DNA of 64,000 nucleotides from a virus: IMG/VR virus record IMGVR_UViG_3300032285_001771, positions 3,198 to 67,197 of that record; one strand, 5' to 3'. Shown piece by piece: positions 59,101 to 64,000 of this stretch (position 1 is its first letter; each line of letters starts with the position of its first letter). The notes under the pieces were generated by a model. It saw only the letters and a program-made list of their open reading frames with translations, ran no database searches and was not told where the DNA came from. The position numbers and the translations under genes were made by a program.

Positions 59101-60088
59101 AATTAACGTTACCAGTAACTTAGATACTGTTACCCGTCGAGGTGGTGATTCAGGGGTACCGGTTAGAATTTTACAAACAAGTACAGTATCAACTGGTACG
59201 AGTTCAGGTGGTCTAGTCGTATTAGGTGGTATGGGTATCACTGGTCCTGTTAACATTAACGGAAGTTTATTCCTTAACGGTGCTCAATTAACTACGTCAT
59301 CAGTGTTTAACGGCGGCCCTATTACTGGTGCGTTATTTGTCAACAATGCTACTGGATCAACCAGTACAAGTATTGGTACAAGTGGTAACGGTGCTATTGC
59401 AGTAGCTGGCGGTATATCCGTAGGTCAGGACGTAAACGTAGCTGGTAAGATCTTTATTAACGGTTTACAACTATCAACAAGCACCATCTTTAACGGTGGT
59501 GCGATCACTAACACGTTGCAGGTTAATAATGCAACAGCTTCTGCAAGTACTAACTCGGGTGCTTTACAAGTTACCAATGGTGGTATGGGTGTAGGCGGTC
59601 GTATTAATGCTACCAGTTTTTATATTACAACTGCAACAGGCACGACACCTGTACCAGTCGGATACGGACCGATCGTGGGAGCATACCTAAGTGTTGCACA
59701 GTCAGGTGTAGTTTCCGGTGTAGCAACTAAGATTACATTCCAAACTAAAGAATATGATAGTGGTGGTTACTTTGATGCTACTTCAAACTTTAGATATACT
59801 CCTTTAGTCAGTGGTTATTATCAAGTGTCTGCATCAATGCAACCTGCAGGTAGCGGTACTGGTCTAGTTGGTATAAGCATTTATAAAAACGGAGCTTCTT
59901 ACAAAGCAGGTAATAAGGTAGCAAACAACGCAAGTGGTGTAATCGTAACAGCAAGTGCGATTGTACAATGTAACGGCAGTACAGACTTTATAGAAGCGTG
60001 GGGATTCCAAACTACTGGTGCTAACATGACATTGCCTATCAGTTCAACAGCCACATACTTCCAAGCAACATTCTTACGTGGACTATAA
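56195..60088 (+). CDS. long tail/head fibre protein (1297 aa)
   Basis: IKISQLP N-terminus; RITNLAAP..SDAATKGYVD; six GGVKIG-type repeats; N-T-x-x-G beta-roll repeats; STSTGAL..GG.GV repeats; C1q-like C-terminal domain. Confidence 0.8.
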   Translation: MGIKISQLPALAVGNIRANDTLPIVDSLTLGTKKISIGDIKSYATAGLSGLAYSGAYTDIQGLPATFPVAIATINQLGGVKVGPHLTITQDGVLDMGPAFDTINVGNDQLSAMGGMSTLNFLAGNNVTITADPVTNTITFNSSGGGGGGGSGNVGKGTTGTMAIYFNTTTVTATSITSDGANLNVPGPISAAGVLTGYVTLTNIITQIGDLIVAPAGNMSLTGKRITNLAAPVGSSDAATKGYVDNASAKAFGKITVPGQGIISATSGTDSLNFVAGNNVTLSTNPGTKSVTIAVNNTLSFQLLPASTSSIGGIIVGTGLQIDGNGILSSQATALTTATTSTIGGVKIGSGLAISGDGTLSSAAAFVLNTATTATLGGIQIGYGLQIDKFGTVSVPSQVLTTATKFLVGGVKIGNSIAAAVDGTIDVNAANIPPATTATNGVVRPGYGLSVSQDGALSLGVNGNFTITGNLSVNGVISATNIFTTGTAVTIISSANDLQLRAVGQVITNTTLFVNTSTPATSTSTGALQVWGGIGVGKNIITGEPSTINGVLIGAGGSAQPYNIAIGAGALQNNTGAKYITAVGFNALINVNADQNTAYGFNAGTTLVSGSNNTLVGIGSGLGVVSGTFNSAFGHQTYVGIGASAYNTVVGGYTNYQSVVAQTNNVYVGYNIQNGTVRPGSYNTVIGNNTLQATTGSYNTVIGYGAGSNLTTGSFQVIIGGYNGSAIATLTNYVSLSDGAGNLYAQWDNKGQLTQYNTATFYATQDAVDSTGSGAVIVAGGMGVAKSLWVGTNLYVNGSPVVTSANLGTPLTGLQAGTDTRVALVSSGVYAIWNTSTLQTIVSRGATSTTPIHITSLAGSTGTSTGALVVDGSIGVYGDLYLGGRIFAGADSTASTTATNVGLFDRGRRVMTQAILIPDIGIDITTSSNTATVVAYNIKNTGVQQIAPGNDISLLTNGTASIIGTGTVTINVTSNLDTVTRRGGDSGVPVRILQTSTVSTGTSSGGLVVLGGMGITGPVNINGSLFLNGAQLTTSSVFNGGPITGALFVNNATGSTSTSIGTSGNGAIAVAGGISVGQDVNVAGKIFINGLQLSTSTIFNGGAITNTLQVNNATASASTNSGALQVTNGGMGVGGRINATSFYITTATGTTPVPVGYGPIVGAYLSVAQSGVVSGVATKITFQTKEYDSGGYFDATSNFRYTPLVSGYYQVSASMQPAGSGTGLVGISIYKNGASYKAGNKVANNASGVIVTASAIVQCNGSTDFIEAWGFQTTGANMTLPISSTATYFQATFLRGL

Positions 60089-60089
60089 A

Positions 60090-61655
60090 ATGCAGTATAG
60101 ATATTATGTTGTTGCACAAGATCCTGAACATAAGCCAAGTATCCATCAAGATCTTGTTGCACCTGCAGGAACAGATTTTGTTCCCGCTCGCCCTATTGTG
60201 TGTCAAAATCCGATGCATCAAAGCGAGTACAACGGTGTATACTATCTAACAGAAAAAGAAGCAGGCTTATTAGTTAATGATCCGAGAATCGCAGACGTGC
60301 ATAGAGATCCTGCAGATTTGGGTCTACATCCTAAATCATTTACTCTAACTACTGCTACATTTGCCAAACCTGGCTATACAAATACATCAACAGACAAGAA
60401 CTGGGGACTGTTAAGAAGCATAAGTCCGATAGAGCCGTTTGGTGTTAATACTGCAACAGTTGCGGCATTTAGCTGGAACTTAGATGGAGCAGGAGTTGAC
60501 GTTGTAATGATGGACACAGGCATAATTAAATACCATCCAGAATTTGCAGTCAACCCAGACGGTACTGGTGGCACTAGAGTAGTTGAAGTCAATTGGTCAA
60601 CTTATGGTATCATACCAGGAACAGGTGTTACATCTTGGATAGGAGATGTCGACGGGCATGGTAGTAACTGCGCCAGCATTGCCGCAGGCAATACACAAGG
60701 TTGGGCAAGAGCCGCTAACATCTACAGCTTTAATATTATTGATCCTAATCTAAGTAACTATACAGATCCTGTGAGCGCATTACAGACTCTACGTGCATGG
60801 CACAATGCCAAGCCTACAACTGAAACAGGCTACAAACGTCCCACAGTATGTAATAACAGTTGGGGGTACGATATACAATATTCTAACATGACTGGCACAT
60901 TCTGGCAAGGTGTTATGTATCCTGCTACAGGTCCTCTTTCAGTGTACGGTCAAGTCAGTTCAGATGGTTCAGTACCAGCCGCAAATACATCAACTACAAC
61001 ATTTGGTCTTAGGGTTCCGTCAATCGAAGCAGAAATAGCCAGTTGTATATCAGCAGGTATTGTGTTTACTGCGGCCGCAGGCAATCAAGCAATGAAATGT
61101 GATATTAGCGGAGGTACTGATTATAATAATTATTGGATCAATAACGCTAATGCAAAATATTACTATCATAGAGGTACTACCCCCGGAGCTACTGATGGAG
61201 TCATCTGTGTAGGTGCTACCAGTTATGCACTTCCTGAACACAAGATTAGTTTTTCAAATACCGGTCCTCGAGTAGATATATTTGCGCCCGGAGCAGGCAT
61301 CATGGGCGCATTTATCAATGCCGCATATTCCGATCCACCTGTAATTGATGAGAGAAGCGGAAACATATCAACCAGTACTACTGCAACATTTTACTTAAAC
61401 AAGATTAGTGGAACAAGTCAAGCCTGTCCTCAGGTCACTGGTATAGTTGCATGCCTATTACAAAGTCGTCCGTGGTATAAGCAATGGCAAGTACAACAGT
61501 GGCTTAAAGAGAATGCTCTATTAAATACACTAAACGAAACATATTATGGCGGAGCCGGATACGTGCAGTTTGCCGGCCTACAAGGAGCAGTTAACAGACA
61601 GTTATTCCAACCGTTTAACAGTCCTTATCCTTGGTCAATTACATCTGGATTCTAA
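60090..61655 (+). CDS. S8 subtilisin-like serine protease within the structural operon
   Basis: VDVVMMDTG, HGSNCAS, AAGN, GTSQACP; paralog of the N-terminal domain of 41239..45570; ATG 60090 (alternative GTG 60078). Confidence 0.9.
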   Translation: MQYRYYVVAQDPEHKPSIHQDLVAPAGTDFVPARPIVCQNPMHQSEYNGVYYLTEKEAGLLVNDPRIADVHRDPADLGLHPKSFTLTTATFAKPGYTNTSTDKNWGLLRSISPIEPFGVNTATVAAFSWNLDGAGVDVVMMDTGIIKYHPEFAVNPDGTGGTRVVEVNWSTYGIIPGTGVTSWIGDVDGHGSNCASIAAGNTQGWARAANIYSFNIIDPNLSNYTDPVSALQTLRAWHNAKPTTETGYKRPTVCNNSWGYDIQYSNMTGTFWQGVMYPATGPLSVYGQVSSDGSVPAANTSTTTFGLRVPSIEAEIASCISAGIVFTAAAGNQAMKCDISGGTDYNNYWINNANAKYYYHRGTTPGATDGVICVGATSYALPEHKISFSNTGPRVDIFAPGAGIMGAFINAAYSDPPVIDERSGNISTSTTATFYLNKISGTSQACPQVTGIVACLLQSRPWYKQWQVQQWLKENALLNTLNETYYGGAGYVQFAGLQGAVNRQLFQPFNSPYPWSITSGF

Positions 61656-61657
61656 CA

Positions 61658-64000
61658 ATGTCATCAATAAAATTTAGTCAACTACAAACTTTAACAAATC
61701 CTCCCGGCGATACTGTATTTCCGGTAGTTTCCAGTGGAACAAACTATAAAGTTACGTTAGATACAGTTAAAGCATCAGTATCGTTGAGCTGGAGTAATGT
61801 AACTGGAAAACCAACTTTTAATAACGTAGCATTTAGCGGGTTATATGCTGATCTTAGCGGAAAGCCAACTATACCAGTTATACCTACACTAATATCTGCA
61901 TTTACTAACGATCGTGGATATCTTACTTCAGTTGATTACACACAAATAGGCAATGCACCACAATTTGCGGCTTTGGCAACAAGCGGAAACTGGCTAGATA
62001 TTGTAAACAAGCCAAATTGGCTCAATACTACAGATATAGGTTATCTATACAGCGACGGTAGCGGTACATTAAGTTTTCAAACAGTACAAGGTGGTGGTTC
62101 TGGTAACGGTTGGCAATTAACTTCAAGCACGGCAGTTGTAAACCTAGCGTCCAATGGCATACTGACATTGCCTAACAATTCTACTATTGTTACTGACGGG
62201 TCTGACGGTACCTACATGACAGCACCTAACACCGGATATGCGGGCATGAATGCAGATGCCAGTTGGGTCTATGTTCAATCTGATGGTGCCTACCTTGAAG
62301 CCGGCAATGGCTTCCTACCAAAAATTTGGTGGTTTGACAAGTCCGGAACTATTAATATTCCAAATCTACCACCAACTATTACATTTTCAGCATTATTAGT
62401 TCCAGTTCGCCATAGTGGAGATCCCGGAGCATTTGCTTGGACTTATGACGTACACTTTGTGGTAGGACAAGATGGTAGCATAGAAACACAGATTGATAAT
62501 AGTCTTGTTAGATTTGACAATCCCGGATATCAGAGTGGCGATTCCTATACTTTCACAGAAGCCGATCATGGTATCCCTGGTTACAGTTTTACAATTACTC
62601 TTAACAATGTAACTCATGGTCAAGCAGGGTGGACGGCTAATCTAGCAGTCAGCCCACCGCCAGCATATCCTTCAACAGTTCATTCAACCGGTGCTATTAA
62701 ATTATCTGCCAACGATAAGGATTTTGTTCTAGGAGCCAATGGCGCATTGATATTCCCAGATCTTAGCAGTCAAAAAACTGCGGTCAATATTATACAATCA
62801 GACACACATCCAACTGGATCAACCAGCACCTTATGGTATGACACAGTAGGCGGACGTAGCTATGTTTATTTTGACAATTCATGGGTTGATGCAAGCCCTG
62901 TATCAACAGCTTCTGCAACTACATCCTCACTGGTCAATGGCAGTTATCACTTTACACTAGGTGTTGACGGCACAATCAACTTTGACCCAGCAAGCAACGG
63001 CAAGGGTGTACTACAAACTACAGCCGATCTATGGTTTAACGCCAACGGTGCAATATATAACTTTGGCGCAACTGGTGACTTAACACTCGCAGGGGGCAAT
63101 GTATTCTTTAGCGACGCTATCGATAGTACGGTGATGTATAATAGCGGAATATCAGTCAGTAGTTCCACAGCATATGGTATTAGCACAGGCGGAGTTAGCG
63201 GCAGTAACAATTTATACTGGTTTGAAAAACCTGAGAATGCCGCAACAGGATTGTGGAATGCTATAAGACTAAACAGCGCAGAAGATGCCGCATCAACTGG
63301 TTCAATAGTCATCTCCACTGGACAATTTGTTAGTCGTAAAAATTGGATCTATGCACAAGATGGTACATTAACATTACCGGGTAATGTTATTGCTGACGGT
63401 GTATCATTAATAGGTGCTCCCTACACAATAACTATCACAGATACTGGCGGAGTTTGGCCACCTGCCGTTGGCGTCTATACGAGATTAAATGGCATAACAC
63501 CTCCTAAGTGGATACCTGCTAACTATAATCCAGGTAGTGACTCTTATATCACATACGATGGCGGCTGGAAACTGAAAAATCCGGCATTTGGTGCAACTCC
63601 TGTGTATCTAAACACAGGCACGCTGTTCAGCCCATCAGCCACATGGAACCCTAACACGCCAGCAGGACTAGGCGGGGATTCACACCCAGCAGGTGCCTAT
63701 ACATATAAAAATTGGACTTTTAACTCAGATGGTTCTTTTACAGCTCCTGGTCCAATCTATGGTGGTAGCAACACTATAGGCCTCGCAACTCCGGCTCCTT
63801 TGAATCTAAACAATACAGGGCCAGTAGGTCAAGTTAAAACACAATTAAACTTGATCAATACCTCGGGCAACGCAGGTACTGGTAGTGCTATTGATTACTT
63901 TACCTATGTTGATCAAGGTAACGGTTTACCTGGTGCTAGACTACAGGCCGTAGATGATAATGCCTATAGTGCTAATTTCAGTATAGCATTAAAGGGTAAA
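61658..64000 (+). CDS. long fibre-like structural protein (3'-truncated by window edge)
   Basis: ATG 61658 MSSIKFSQLQTL...; spot checks at both ends show an open frame (I did not translate every codon); absent from the ORF track, consistent with no stop in the window; G/S/T-rich, with AFSGLYADLSGKP and LWYDTVGGRSYVY motifs. Confidence 0.8.
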   Translation, partial: MSSIKFSQLQTLTNPPGDTVFPVVSSGTNYKVTLDTVKASVSLSWSNVTGKPTFNNVAFSGLYADLSGKPTIPVIPTLISAFTNDRGYLTSVDYTQIGNAPQFAALATSGNWLDIVNKPNWLNTTDIGYLYSDGSGTLSFQTVQGGGSGNGWQLTSSTAVVNLASNGILTLPNNSTIVTDGSDGTYMTAPNTGYAGMNADASWVYVQSDGAYLEAGNGFLPKIWWFDKSGTINIPNLPPTITFSALLVPVRHSGDPGAFAWTYDVHFVVGQDGSIETQIDNSLVRFDNPGYQSGDSYTFTEADHGIPGYSFTITLNNVTHGQAGWTANLAVSPPPAYPSTVHSTGAIKLSANDKDFVLGANGALIFPDLSSQKTAVNIIQSDTHPTGSTSTLWYDTVGGRSYVYFDNSWVDASPVSTASATTSSLVNGSYHFTLGVDGTINFDPASNGKGVLQTTADLWFNANGAIYNFGATGDLTLAGGNVFFSDAIDSTVMYNSGISVSSSTAYGISTGGVSGSNNLYWFEKPENAATGLWNAIRLNSAEDAASTGSIVISTGQFVSRKNWIYAQDGTLTLPGNVIADGVSLIGAPYTITITDTGGVWPPAVGVYTRLNGITPPKWIPANYNPGSDSYITYDGGWKLKNPAFGATPVYLNTGTLFSPSATWNPNTPAGLGGDSHPAGAYTYKNWTFNSDGSFTAPGPIYGGSNTIGLATPAPLNLNNTGPVGQVKTQLNLINTSGNAGTGSAIDYFTYVDQGNGLPGARLQAVDDNAYSANFSIALKGK

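Noticed and set aside
32-63318. Numerous 60-150 aa ORFs antisense to or nested in long genes (e.g. 3820..4269, 47800..48114, 57532..57984, 62947..63318)
   Set aside because: They are shadows of the real genes' codon bias, with no motifs or RBS.
1-64000. Bacterial secondary-metabolite or capsule gene cluster on a cellular chromosome
   Set aside because: No transporters, regulators or housekeeping operons; iscU, iscA and infA are out of cellular context; baseplate/fibre genes and T4-like late motifs indicate a phage.
1-64000. CRISPR array, tRNA, rRNA, IS/transposase
   Set aside because: Intergenic gaps are nearly all under about 140 nt, and I saw no regularly spaced DNA repeats, cloverleaf or transposase motifs (by eye only).
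1-64000. Alternative genetic code (TAG/TGA recoding) as in some jumbo phages
   Set aside because: Standard code gives near-complete coding density with intact enzymes; TGA and TAG occur as real stops at coupled junctions.
54435-64000. Diversity-generating retroelement or invertible tail-fibre cassette
   Set aside because: No reverse transcriptase, invertase or near-identical TR/VR DNA pair was seen; the repeats are degenerate and protein-level.

Overview
This AT-rich, gene-dense window reads as part of a large (jumbo) T4-like/myovirus-type phage genome rather than a cellular chromosome. The evidence is baseplate/fibre-type structural genes, T4-style TAAATA late-promoter motifs, an ATP-dependent DNA ligase, a SleB-type lysin, and isolated host-like genes (infA, iscU, iscA, erpA) without their usual operons. 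The dominant feature is a ~39 kb modification island (about 2.0-41.2 kb). It encodes 10 radical SAM enzymes in recognisable paralog groups, 7 Fe(II)/2OG-type oxygenases (10 in the whole window), at least 6 glycosyltransferase-like proteins, 3 SGNH-like proteins, 2 methyltransferases, a HAD/nucleotidyltransferase fusion, a PLP enzyme, a QueC-like ATPase, a GNAT-like protein, a nitroreductase-like protein, 3 degenerate kinase-fold paralogs, and a carbamoyltransferase with an SxtK-like mini-gene. The island is joined in one minus-strand run to putative virion proteins, including a protease+esterase fusion, and is flanked by a phage Fe-S assembly kit. The right end encodes Ser/Thr/Gly-rich fibre proteins and a second subtilase. 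All calls come from motifs read by eye; no database search was run. No tRNA, rRNA, CRISPR array or transposase was recognised.
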